Positions 9,730-18,928 of a stretch of DNA of 40,482 bases are shown piece by piece; the first letter of the stretch is position 1; every line of letters starts with the position of its first letter. The position numbers and the translations under genes are program-made. Origin of the DNA: Archaeoglobi archaeon (GTDB lineage Archaea > Halobacteriota > Archaeoglobi > Archaeoglobales > Archaeoglobaceae); the NCBI GenBank assembly GCA_004347865.1, contig QNUZ01000001.1:1-40482 (forward strand), given 5' to 3'. The notes beneath the pieces are model-generated. The model searched no databases and was not told the origin of the DNA. It saw only the letters and a list, made by a program, of their open reading frames with translations.

Positions 9730-10930
9730 GTGGAAGATATTTGCTGTTTTGGCATGCATTTACTTCCTCGTTTATTTTCACAGAACTTCTCCGGCAGTAA
9801 TGGCTGATGAGTTCATGAAGGAATTTGCCGTTTCGGCGCTGGGGGTGGGGATTCTCTCTTCGGCCTATTTTTACCCTTATGCGATCTTACAAATTCCGGT
9901 TGGCGCCCTTTCAGACACAAAAGGAGCAAAGTGGACCGTTATCACCTTTACTTCGATAGCTTTTTTTGGTGTCCTAACTCTGATCTTGGCAAACACTTAC
10001 GAAATGGCTGTCGCTTCGAGATTCCTGATAGGAGTGGGAGTTGCCGGGGTTTACGTGCCTACGATAAAAATAATATCCGTCTGGTTCAGGCAGAATGAGT
10101 TTGCAACTGCTACTGGGATTCTTTTCGCGATTGGAAATCTAGGAGCGATTGTTTCAGCCTATCCGCTGGCCAAAGCAATAGAACTTTTTGGCTGGAGGTT
10201 TCCATTTCTCCTTGTTGCTTTAATTACTGCTATTTTGATATTTCTAGCTTGGAAAATCGTGAGGGATGCACCAAGTGACTTTACCAGAGAGAAGATCAGA
10301 AGAAGCGACATAGGTTTGATTGTCGGCAATTTGTCTCTCTGGCTCATTGCTGTATCCTCAATGCTCAGATATGGCGTTGTGATGGGCTTTCAGGGACTTT
10401 GGGGCGGTCCATTTTTGATTGACGTGTACAAAATGTCTAAATCCACTGCGGGCTTCATTTTAATGCTGGTGGGGGTCGGGACAATCGTAGGAGCCCTTAT
10501 CTTCGGTAGAATTTCTGATCTGATCGGTCTGAAAAAGCTGATGCTCGTGCTAGGAGGTGTCGGATTCACCTTGGCATGGTTGCCTTTGGTGATTGCTACC
10601 GAAACTCTGGATATTGCATCTATTTGTCTGATATCTTTTATGGTCGGTTTCTTTTCAAGCACCGGCCCTGTTGCTTACGCAATTGTAAAAGAACTCTTTC
10701 CACTCAAGGTAACGGGTTTGTCCATGAGCATAGTAAATGTATTCCCATTTTTTGGAGCGGCTCTGTTTCAGGCGGTAATGGGCTATCTAATGGACTCTGT
10801 CGGAAAGATTGATTCGGTTTATCCCATGGAGGCCTATAGACTCTCTTTCGAGTTCTGCCTTTTTGCGTCCGTTTTGTCGGTTTTAGCGGTTCTTTTGGTA
10901 AAGGAGAAGAAGTTCGAAGAAACGCGATGA
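9671..10930 (+). CDS. MFS-type transporter
   Basis: About 12 hydrophobic segments with an MFS-like N-terminus (YFLVYFHRTSPAVMADEF). The listed start overlaps pelota by 59 nt; GTG 9701 is a plausible alternative. Confidence 0.7.
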   Translation: MKSFQGSVVFVRSSDSKSDKWKIFAVLACIYFLVYFHRTSPAVMADEFMKEFAVSALGVGILSSAYFYPYAILQIPVGALSDTKGAKWTVITFTSIAFFGVLTLILANTYEMAVASRFLIGVGVAGVYVPTIKIISVWFRQNEFATATGILFAIGNLGAIVSAYPLAKAIELFGWRFPFLLVALITAILIFLAWKIVRDAPSDFTREKIRRSDIGLIVGNLSLWLIAVSSMLRYGVVMGFQGLWGGPFLIDVYKMSKSTAGFILMLVGVGTIVGALIFGRISDLIGLKKLMLVLGGVGFTLAWLPLVIATETLDIASICLISFMVGFFSSTGPVAYAIVKELFPLKVTGLSMSIVNVFPFFGAALFQAVMGYLMDSVGKIDSVYPMEAYRLSFEFCLFASVLSVLAVLLVKEKKFEETR

Positions 10931-10982
10931 ATTCAAAATTTGCAGAAAGAAATATATATCATTTTAGTCAAAAATAAACAGA

Positions 10983-12485
10983 ATGGTTGAGAGGTATCGC
11001 CTACTTAGAGAGTTCGTAAAGTCGGAGATATTGGAGGAAGTTAAATTTGAAAACGTTGTGGACGAGTACTGGGTTGCGGAACCATTCATAAAGATCATAA
11101 TTTTTGAGGATCTCGAAAACCAGAAATTGAGGTATCATGCAGTTGAGCCGTCTTTGAATGTGGAGGAATTAAAGCTGCTGGCATCACTCATCGTTGATCT
11201 CAGACGCGTTCTTACGCTAATTGATGTTTCGCTGGACCTAGAAGTAAGGGCCAAGGCCTTGGTTAAAAATTTCGGGAAGATTATTAAAGAATACGGAATT
11301 TCAATTGATAGCGACCTTTATTCTAGAATGCTTTACTATCTGTTCCGCGAATTTTTTGGATTCAGCGTAATCGAACCGCTGATGGTGGATCCGAATGTTG
11401 AGGATATTTCTTGCGATGGTTATGATGTCCCCATATTCGTTTATCATAAAAATTACGGCTATCTTGAGACAAACATTAAGATCCCAAAGCTGGCATTAGA
11501 CAGGCTTGTTATGCTTCTGAGTCAGAAAAGCGGCAAGCACATTTCGTTAGCTAATCCGATTATCGATTCTACGCTTCCTGATGGTAGCAGGCTTCAGGCT
11601 ACCCTAGGAACAGAAATTACACCTAGAGGCTCGAGCTTCACGGTGAGAAAATTTACAACCCAGCCACTGACCCCGTTAGATCTAGTGAGGTCTGGTACTG
11701 TGCCTTTAGGGGTCATGGCCTACATCTGGCTTTCGATAGAACACAAGCTATCTGTGATAATCGTCGGAGAAACTGCAAGCGGAAAAACGACGACTCTAAA
11801 CGCCATCCTCATGTTCGTACCTCCGGATGCCAAAATTATATCGATAGAGGATACCAGAGAGATAAAGCTCCATCATGAGAACTGGCTGGCTCAGGTGACG
11901 AGAACGGGGATAGGAGAGCAGGAAATTGACATGTATGACCTTCTCAAAGCCGCCTTGAGACAGAGACCGGACTACATTGTGGTTGGTGAGGTTAGGGGCA
12001 GGGAAGCTCAGACTTTGTTCCAGGCAATGTCAACGGGTCATGCTTGCTATTCAACCTTCCACGCCGGGGACATAAATCAGATGGTTTATCGTTTCGAGAG
12101 CGAACCTCTGAACGTTCCAAGGAGCATGCTCCAGTTTCTTGATATAGTCTTGGTTCAGAGCACTTATCTGGCGGGGGGTAGGAGGATGAGGAGGACAAAA
12201 GAGGTGAATGAGATATTGGGTATTGATCCAACTGATAAAAATTTGCTTGTGAATCAGTTTGTTAAATGGGATGCGAAGAAAAATTCGCATGTTGAGGTAG
12301 GGATTCCGAAAAAGCTAGAGAAAATCGCGATGTCGAGAGTGGACGATGCTTACGCGGAGCTGGAAAGAAGAAGGAGGTATTTGGAGTGGATGATTGGAAA
12401 GGGAGTTACAGATTACAAAGAATTTACAAAACTAATTCACAGCTATTATAGGAATCCTGAAACGACCTTTTCAATGGTATTATGA
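10983..12485 (+). CDS. FlaI/PilB-type secretion ATPase (archaeal type IV pilus / archaellum assembly ATPase family)
   Basis: Walker A VGETASGKTTTLNA, Walker B/Asp box DYIVVGEVRG, His box STFHA, and a FlaI-like N-terminal domain (YWVAEPF...YHAVEP). Confidence 0.85.
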   Translation: MVERYRLLREFVKSEILEEVKFENVVDEYWVAEPFIKIIIFEDLENQKLRYHAVEPSLNVEELKLLASLIVDLRRVLTLIDVSLDLEVRAKALVKNFGKIIKEYGISIDSDLYSRMLYYLFREFFGFSVIEPLMVDPNVEDISCDGYDVPIFVYHKNYGYLETNIKIPKLALDRLVMLLSQKSGKHISLANPIIDSTLPDGSRLQATLGTEITPRGSSFTVRKFTTQPLTPLDLVRSGTVPLGVMAYIWLSIEHKLSVIIVGETASGKTTTLNAILMFVPPDAKIISIEDTREIKLHHENWLAQVTRTGIGEQEIDMYDLLKAALRQRPDYIVVGEVRGREAQTLFQAMSTGHACYSTFHAGDINQMVYRFESEPLNVPRSMLQFLDIVLVQSTYLAGGRRMRRTKEVNEILGIDPTDKNLLVNQFVKWDAKKNSHVEVGIPKKLEKIAMSRVDDAYAELERRRRYLEWMIGKGVTDYKEFTKLIHSYYRNPETTFSMVL

Positions 12486-14317
12486 GCGCCCCTGATTTCA
12501 TGAAGAGGTATTTCAGGAAGAAAATAGATGAAAATCCGAGTAGATACTCTGAGTTGGACAGGATAATTGAAAAGGCTAGGCTGAGAATTACCACCCCGGA
12601 ATTGCTTTCAAACGCTCTTTTCTACTCTCTCATCGCCATGATAATAGGAGTTCTTTTCGGGATTGCCATTTCGGTTATTCTTCGCAATTCATATGGAATT
12701 GAGTATGTCTATATTGGAGGTGAGGTAGAGTTCTGGAAAGTTCAAATTGCGATCTCCTTGACTTTTGCCATCCTATTTTTCGGGATTACGCGATACCTCC
12801 TCCTCTCGTATCCGTATTATGTGGCAAGTTCGAGAAGAAGCAAAATAGATTCAGCCCTTCCGCACGCCGTTAACATGCTCCTCGGTATGGCCAAGGGGAA
12901 TGTACCGGTGATCTCTGCAATCAGGTTTATTGCAGAGAACAAACACCTTTTCAGTGAAGTTAGCACGGAATTCGAAAGGATAGTGGTTCTCGTTGAAATG
13001 GGAGAGGATTTGGAAAGCGCAATGAGGTTTGTTGCAGAAACAACTCCCTCAGAGAGGCTCAGGGTTTTTCTGGAGAACTTTATTGATGTGTATAAGGGCG
13101 GGGGAAACATTTTGGATTATCTAAAGTCGAAGTCCCAGCAGTTCTATTCAGAGAAGGAGAGACTTTATACCCTGTACTCTGAATCCATGCAAATAATGGC
13201 TGAGATATATCTGGCCCTTTTCATCGTCGCACCGCTTTTCTTTCTGATCGTTCTTGTGGTATTCAATATGATGGGAAGCACTGCTTTGAGTACCTACAGA
13301 CTCTTTCTCTATCTCGTTCTACCCTTTGGTTCGATTATGGTTCTCTGGCTTGCTTACTCCTTAACTGTAAGGGAAAGCAGAGGCTATGGGAAAGTCCACA
13401 TCGAAGCTGAGGAAATTCTAGCAAGGACCTCACAGAAACCTGCTGGTTTCAGATTCAAAAAGACAAGGAGGGCAATTAATGCATTGAAAGGCTTTCTTTT
13501 GTACCCTGTAGTCGAAATGCCCTACATGGTAAGCCTTAGGCATATTCTCTTCTATTTGCTTTTACCCTCGGTTGTCTTCTTCTTGGTTTTTTACGGTCGA
13601 ATGGAAATTGACTATCTTGTTTTTACAGCCCTGCTTGCTTTTGGTCTTCCTGCAGTCTTTTTCATCGAATACCGGGAGAGATTGATCAAGAGAGCAGAAA
13701 GAGAGCTTCCAGAATTCTTGAAACAGCTTGCATCTCTGAACGAGGCAGGTCTCAACGTTGTTGAAGCTCTTAAAAACATCAGCGATACAGAAGTAGGAGT
13801 TTTAGGCAAGGAAATAAGGGCGGTAAAAAGGAGGATTGAGTGGGGGGAGCTAATAACTTCTGCCTTTGTTAAACTCGAGGGTCGTATCAGGAGCAGCGTT
13901 TTCCAAAAGGCAATTTCAATGTTGGTTAAGGCTATCGAAGCTTCACCGTCAATTCGAGAAGCTCTGCTTGTCGCTTCAAATTACTCTGAACTCGAGATTG
14001 AAATGAGAAACAGAATCAGAGCTTTGATGAGCACTTACATAATCATAATCTATCTAGCATTTGCTGTATTCCTATACACATCTTTTGTTTTGATAAGTAA
14101 TATGCTGTCAGTTTTTGCATCCACCGAACAGACGCAGATAACCGCTACGATCAACTTGGAAGATCTTGAAAACGTCTTTATGGAGACTTCGATTCTGGTT
14201 GCGATCTTTTCTGGACTTGCTGCCGGTGTGATGGGTGAGGGGAGGATTGAGGCGGGATTGAAGCATATTTTTTTGTTAGGGGCGGTATCTTATGTCTTCT
14301 TTAAATTCTTCGTTTAA
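12482..14317 (+). CDS. FlaJ/TadC/PilC-like polytopic membrane platform protein
   Basis: 611 aa with two T2SS-F-like cytoplasmic modules separated by transmembrane clusters. A 4-nt overlap with the upstream ATPase gene gives the canonical ATPase-platform pair. Confidence 0.8.
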   Translation: MSAPDFMKRYFRKKIDENPSRYSELDRIIEKARLRITTPELLSNALFYSLIAMIIGVLFGIAISVILRNSYGIEYVYIGGEVEFWKVQIAISLTFAILFFGITRYLLLSYPYYVASSRRSKIDSALPHAVNMLLGMAKGNVPVISAIRFIAENKHLFSEVSTEFERIVVLVEMGEDLESAMRFVAETTPSERLRVFLENFIDVYKGGGNILDYLKSKSQQFYSEKERLYTLYSESMQIMAEIYLALFIVAPLFFLIVLVVFNMMGSTALSTYRLFLYLVLPFGSIMVLWLAYSLTVRESRGYGKVHIEAEEILARTSQKPAGFRFKKTRRAINALKGFLLYPVVEMPYMVSLRHILFYLLLPSVVFFLVFYGRMEIDYLVFTALLAFGLPAVFFIEYRERLIKRAERELPEFLKQLASLNEAGLNVVEALKNISDTEVGVLGKEIRAVKRRIEWGELITSAFVKLEGRIRSSVFQKAISMLVKAIEASPSIREALLVASNYSELEIEMRNRIRALMSTYIIIIYLAFAVFLYTSFVLISNMLSVFASTEQTQITATINLEDLENVFMETSILVAIFSGLAAGVMGEGRIEAGLKHIFLLGAVSYVFFKFFV

Positions 14318-14714
14318 AACAAGACTTTCAGCGCATTTTGTCGATGCATTTGTCTGTGAGGGTGAAATGATTACCGTTGAGGGCTGGCTTACGTTTTATG
14401 ATGAGAAGGAGAAGGAATGGAAACCACTAGACGGTAAAGTAAAATTCTATCTTGACGGAAAAGAAATTGGCGAATCTGAAGCAAAAATGGGGTCTTTTTC
14501 ATTTTCATTTCTTTCCCCATACCTTGGAAGACATAAAATAGACATAAAGTTCAAAGCTCCAGGATATGAGCCTAGTTACAAATCGCTCGAATTTGAGGTT
14601 GTGAAATCGGAGAAGAAGTCTCATGTTTTGAGGGCAGCTAAGCTAGTGCTAGTCTTAATAATGCTTCTTGTAATCTTTATGATCCTATCCATTTTCATAG
14701 CTAAACGACTATAA
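14292..14714 (+). CDS. Hypothetical C-terminally anchored beta-sandwich-like protein
   Basis: 140 aa with a beta-rich core (KVKFYLDGKEIG...IDIKFKAPGYEP...EFEVV) and a single C-terminal transmembrane helix. Overlaps the end of the FlaJ-like gene by 26 nt. No family recognised. Confidence 0.5.
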   Translation: MSSLNSSFKTRLSAHFVDAFVCEGEMITVEGWLTFYDEKEKEWKPLDGKVKFYLDGKEIGESEAKMGSFSFSFLSPYLGRHKIDIKFKAPGYEPSYKSLEFEVVKSEKKSHVLRAAKLVLVLIMLLVIFMILSIFIAKRL

Positions 14715-15876
14715 TCTCTCTAAAACGAATCGAAGGAGTAATTGTCTTTTCAACCTGCACTGGTTCTGAACAAATTCCGTTAATTCGCTTTAGAAGATCA
14801 AAAATATTCCCATATATCATTGCACCCTTTACAGCCCTGTCATCGAATTCGGCATTCATACACTCCAAGCTGAAATCTCCGCTGAGCGGATTTGCGGTAT
14901 GAGAGCCCATAAAGCTGTGCACAACCAGGGCTTTTTCAAGCTCAGCTTTTTTATCGATTTCTATGATTACGTTGCTTGGAGCTGGAGCGGGAGGCGTATC
15001 AACGCTTGCCCTCAATCCGTTACCCGAAGTTCCAGAATACTTTGAGTATTTCCAGTCCGAATAGAAGCAGAGCACCTCTCGATCGACTAGAGTCTTTCTG
15101 CTAGCTCTTGCACCCTCATCATCAAAAGAATAGCTCCCCAGACCACCTTGGATTGTAGGGTCATCTATAATTCTCAACTCACCAATAAAAGAGCCTTTTT
15201 TCAGTGCACTTCTACCTTTGTAAACGTTTTCTGCCGATAGCGATGGGTAAAGAGTGTTTGAAAATAGCTGATTCACAGCGTATGGCTTCAGGACAACGTC
15301 GTAATGGCCGCTTTCAATCTTAACGGCTTTTGAAGAATCGATTGCAAGCTTTTCAGCATAGCTGGCAGTTTCAGCAATTTCAAGCTTTTTGCTTCTGCTT
15401 TCGCACTGTGCAAATCCGCTACCTTTTTCGAAGACAGTTTCAATCGAGAAGAATGAATAGGTTCCCTTCTCGCTCAAGTCTGCTCCTGCTGAATTTCTGA
15501 TGGATGTCTCCAAAACAGCATGGCTTATGAATGCGTTTGCAATTTTGGCTCTTTCTACAGAACTAGTTAGAATCTCGTATTCTTCCTTCAAAAAATCTGG
15601 AGTAAGGTTTTCGAAACTTTTGTCGTAAATTCCGGAAACACTGGCAGGTTTTTCGTTGGGAAAAGAATCAAGTCTATCTTCTGAGATTCTTGCGACCTTT
15701 TTGGCATTTTCCATCGCTTTTTTAACATTTTCTCCAGATGAAAATCCCACTTTTCCATCTATTATAACTCTAACGGCACAGGAAGAACTTTTTGTGGACT
15801 GAAGTAGCTTCAATTTTCCTGCGGAAATCTCTGCTGAAAACACCTTGACTTTTTCTTCGTATATCTCCCATTCCAT
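14701..15876 (-). CDS. pmbA: PmbA/TldE-family metalloprotease subunit
   Basis: TldD/PmbA-family architecture without HExxxH, directly downstream of tldD. The start is set at ATG 15876 (MEWEIYEEK), which overlaps the tldD stop (TGATG) rather than the listed 15903. Confidence 0.8.
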   Translation of the reverse strand: MEWEIYEEKVKVFSAEISAGKLKLLQSTKSSSCAVRVIIDGKVGFSSGENVKKAMENAKKVARISEDRLDSFPNEKPASVSGIYDKSFENLTPDFLKEEYEILTSSVERAKIANAFISHAVLETSIRNSAGADLSEKGTYSFFSIETVFEKGSGFAQCESRSKKLEIAETASYAEKLAIDSSKAVKIESGHYDVVLKPYAVNQLFSNTLYPSLSAENVYKGRSALKKGSFIGELRIIDDPTIQGGLGSYSFDDEGARASRKTLVDREVLCFYSDWKYSKYSGTSGNGLRASVDTPPAPAPSNVIIEIDKKAELEKALVVHSFMGSHTANPLSGDFSLECMNAEFDDRAVKGAMIYGNIFDLLKRINGICSEPVQVEKTITPSIRFREIIVV

Positions 15877-17141
15877 CAGGCACCACCAACTTTGGTCCTG
15901 CAAAGAGTCATCGGTGCCCCATCTGCTACGGGAACGATCTGAAAGGCTTTACCACAGAATCCTGGGTCGAATTCGATCTCTTTTCCGAGTTTTACGTCTT
16001 TGAGGATGTCAATTGTACCCATAAGCGAAACGTCTCTGATCATGTCTGAGATCTCTCCGTTCTTTACTAGGTAGCCATATTGAGCGCTGAACTGAAAATA
16101 TCCGGTTGCAGGATTGGTCTCCCCACCTCTCGAGCCTATGAGGAATACCCCATTCCTGCAGAGCTCGAGAAGCTCTTCGAATTCAAGATCCCCCTTCTGC
16201 AGGAATGTGTTGCTCATTCTGACAATCGGAAAAGCAACTCCATCGCTTCTGGCATTCCCAGGATATCCACCAAGCTTTTTTGCAGTTTCTTTGCTGTGTA
16301 AATAGCTCTTAAGAATGCCATTCTCCACCAAAACCTTCCTATTCGCTTTAACTCCTTCATCATCGAAGGGATAAAAGCCGAACTCCTCGATTGTTGGGTC
16401 ATCGATTATTGTCACGTTCTCTCCTGCAATTCTCTCTCCAATCTTTCCAGCAAGAACGCTGTTTTCCTGCAGAACGTGATCTGCCTCGACCGCATGCCCG
16501 AAAGCTTCGTGAATAAAAACTCCGGCGAGCTCGGGGTTCATTAAGACGTTCATTTCTCCGGAAGGAGGAGATTTGGCTTTTAAAAGCTTTGGAAGAACCT
16601 CGTTAACCTCTTCGACAAGCTCGAATGCCCCTTTTAGCTGTTCCCAGCCCCCGGGTTTCATCAACCTCTTCGAAATGAACTGCAGGCTCTCACCCTTGTC
16701 AATGGCGACTATTGAGATCCCTATTCTTGGCACCGTATAGCTAACCTCGTTGCCGCATGAATCCCGGTATTCGAACATTTTCAGACTCTCTATGTACCCC
16801 ACTCTCTTTGTATTTGTTTTGATGCTTTTATCTAAATCTCTTAAAAAATTCGTTTTTTCTTCTATACTAATGTCCTTTGGATCGATTTTTGGCTTTAGTT
16901 CATATTTCCCGCCTGATTTTACTTCCATTATCTCAGCAGAGCCCTCTGCGATAATGTTGTTTTCTGCAAGTTTGAGCCCCTCTGAATCACTAACTAGCCC
17001 CTCGAAAACACCCCAGAAACCATTTTTTAGAACTCTAAAGCACTTTGAGTGAAAATGGGTTATTTTCGGCTTTTCAATTATTCCATTTTCGATAGTAAAA
17101 GTCAGAACCTCAGCCTCAACTTCTCTAATATCGTAGTACAT
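15876..17141 (-). CDS. tldD: TldD-family metalloprotease
   Basis: 421 aa with the HEAFGHAVEAD (HExxxH) motif and the TldD/PmbA fold pattern. Confidence 0.85.
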   Translation of the reverse strand: MYYDIREVEAEVLTFTIENGIIEKPKITHFHSKCFRVLKNGFWGVFEGLVSDSEGLKLAENNIIAEGSAEIMEVKSGGKYELKPKIDPKDISIEEKTNFLRDLDKSIKTNTKRVGYIESLKMFEYRDSCGNEVSYTVPRIGISIVAIDKGESLQFISKRLMKPGGWEQLKGAFELVEEVNEVLPKLLKAKSPPSGEMNVLMNPELAGVFIHEAFGHAVEADHVLQENSVLAGKIGERIAGENVTIIDDPTIEEFGFYPFDDEGVKANRKVLVENGILKSYLHSKETAKKLGGYPGNARSDGVAFPIVRMSNTFLQKGDLEFEELLELCRNGVFLIGSRGGETNPATGYFQFSAQYGYLVKNGEISDMIRDVSLMGTIDILKDVKLGKEIEFDPGFCGKAFQIVPVADGAPMTLCRTKVGGA

Positions 17142-17143
17142 GC

Positions 17144-18538
17144 CTATTCCCTTTCTTCAAGAATGCTTTCTGCGGCGATAAGCCCAGTAACAGCCGCTCC
17201 AACTATTCCCCTGCTTATTCCGGCTCCATCGCCAATTGCATAGATGTACGGTATGCTTGTCCTCATCTTCTCGTCAACCTTAAGCTTCAAAGAGTAGAAC
17301 TTGACTTCAGGAGCATAAAGGAGCGTGGAGTCATCCGAAACGCCCGGGATTACCTTTTCAAGTCTTTCGAGTGCATCGACGATGTCATCTATAACCCTGC
17401 TCGGGTATGCCAGACAGATGTCTCCCGGTATTGCGGTTTTCAGCGTTGGCTGGACAAGTCTGTTGTTCTTTATCCTGCTTTCTGTGCTCCTCCTACCAAG
17501 ACGGAGGTCTTTTAACCTTTGAACAATCGGATTTCCGCCTCCGAGCTTGGTGGTGATCCTGGCCAGATCTCTTCCCCACTCGTTAGGCTCTTCGAAAGGT
17601 TCCGTGAATTCGTAGTGACCAAGTAGGGCGAAGTTTGTATTGCTGGATTTTTCTTTGGCCTTGCTGTGGCCGTTGACTAGACAAAAGTCGCCGTACTCCT
17701 CTCTTATAACCCAGCCCCTCGGGCAGGTGCAGAACGTGCGCATGTAGTCGTCATGCCTCTGTGTGATTATTCTCAGCTTTGGGTCGTATATGGTTGAGGT
17801 TATATCGTCCATAATCGAGGCCGGGACTTCTACTCGGACCCCAACGTCAATTGCCTTGGAATTTTCCGCCACTTCGATCTTATACTTTTTTACCCATTTT
17901 TCCAGCCAGTCGGCACCGCTCCTCCCAACTGCAATTATGAGTTTGTCGTAGCCGAACTTGTCCCCATCGTTCGTCTTCACGATCTTTTCTTTGGGATTTA
18001 TATCCACGACGGTCTTTTGTGTGAATATCTTAACCCCTTTCTTCTTGAGGGATTCTTCTAGGCTCTTGATCACTTTGGGAAGCTCGTCACTCCCGACATG
18101 TCTCTGCCTTAGCGGAACGAACTCGATTCCTGCTGCATTGGCTTTCTTAAGGAATTTGTCTAATTTAGCCTCGTCTTCACCATAAAGTTCACCTGATACT
18201 CCATGAGCGGAAAAAATTTCGTCAACCTCTCTCATCTTCTCAATAAGGTATTTGGGACTCAAAAACTCAAAATCACCACCGACTGTGAAGCTCGAAGGAT
18301 AGTTGGGGTTGGCATAATTCAGCTTTCCATCCGAAAGTCCTCCAGCACCACCCACACCAGAAGTAATGTTGCAGGGATCGCATTTCTTGCAATAGCTTTG
18401 CGAAAGGTCACTGGGACATTTTCGCTGTGATATGTCCCGCCCCATTTCGAAGATGGCAACATTCTTGCTTTCACCGAGTTTGTAGGCCGAGAACAAACCC
18501 CCGGGGCCGGCACCGACTATTATTACGTCAAATTTCAT
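17144..18538 (-). CDS. FAD-dependent oxidoreductase (uncharacterised dehydrogenase family)
   Basis: N-terminal dinucleotide motif DVIIVGAGPGGLFSA and C-terminal IGDGAGISRGIVGAA; 464 aa. It has its own TATA (aagtttaaatga on the - strand) about 30 nt upstream. Confidence 0.7.
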   Translation of the reverse strand: MKFDVIIVGAGPGGLFSAYKLGESKNVAIFEMGRDISQRKCPSDLSQSYCKKCDPCNITSGVGGAGGLSDGKLNYANPNYPSSFTVGGDFEFLSPKYLIEKMREVDEIFSAHGVSGELYGEDEAKLDKFLKKANAAGIEFVPLRQRHVGSDELPKVIKSLEESLKKKGVKIFTQKTVVDINPKEKIVKTNDGDKFGYDKLIIAVGRSGADWLEKWVKKYKIEVAENSKAIDVGVRVEVPASIMDDITSTIYDPKLRIITQRHDDYMRTFCTCPRGWVIREEYGDFCLVNGHSKAKEKSSNTNFALLGHYEFTEPFEEPNEWGRDLARITTKLGGGNPIVQRLKDLRLGRRSTESRIKNNRLVQPTLKTAIPGDICLAYPSRVIDDIVDALERLEKVIPGVSDDSTLLYAPEVKFYSLKLKVDEKMRTSIPYIYAIGDGAGISRGIVGAAVTGLIAAESILEERE

Positions 18539-18649
18539 ACATTTTCAGCTTCTTCTGTCTATGTCATTTAAACTTTGCTGTTGGTCTTATCTTTTTATTT
18601 GAATTTTTGATAAAAAATAGATAATTCTAGGGAATTATTAAATTTAGCA

Positions 18650-18704
18650 GACCTCAGTCTCTCCTTATCATCACAGCTCAGATCGCCCATCATTCATCAT
18701 CGGC
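18650..18704 (-). ncRNA. C/D-box sRNA (2'-O-methylation guide)
   Basis: The - strand reads ccg-ATGATGA-atgatgggcgat-CTGA-gct-GTGATGA-taaggagaga-CTGA-ggt. This gives C, D', C' and D boxes in canonical order, with 12- and 10-nt guide spacers and a 3-nt linker, about 55 nt in total. Confidence 0.6.
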
Positions 18705-18728
18705 ATTACACTTTTTGTGCGAAGGCAA

Positions 18729-18917
18729 GTTAGCTACTCCACGACTAAATTCGGGAACTTCCGGCGCTAAGGGATGCTTTACGCCCTTCCCCTCCTCTGC
18801 CGGACTTCCCTCTGCACGGGAACATCCCCAAGACCTCTTCAACGCAGAACTATTTAAACCTTGCCCATTCATCCCAGAGCCAAAGCTCAGGGTTTTCTGG
18901 GCACCCATTTTTATAAA
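18729..18917 (-). ncRNA. Copy C (short variant) of the dispersed repeat family, with conserved TATA-like box
   Basis: The - strand reads ggaaaaatttataaaaat-gggtgcccagaaaaccctgagc...gagggaagtccggcagaggagg...gtcgtggagtagctaac. It matches copy B at the 5' half and copy A at the 3' half, and lacks the 64-nt block present in A and B. It starts immediately after the mtnA stop codon. Confidence 0.55.
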
Positions 18918-18928
18918 TTTTTCCAAAA

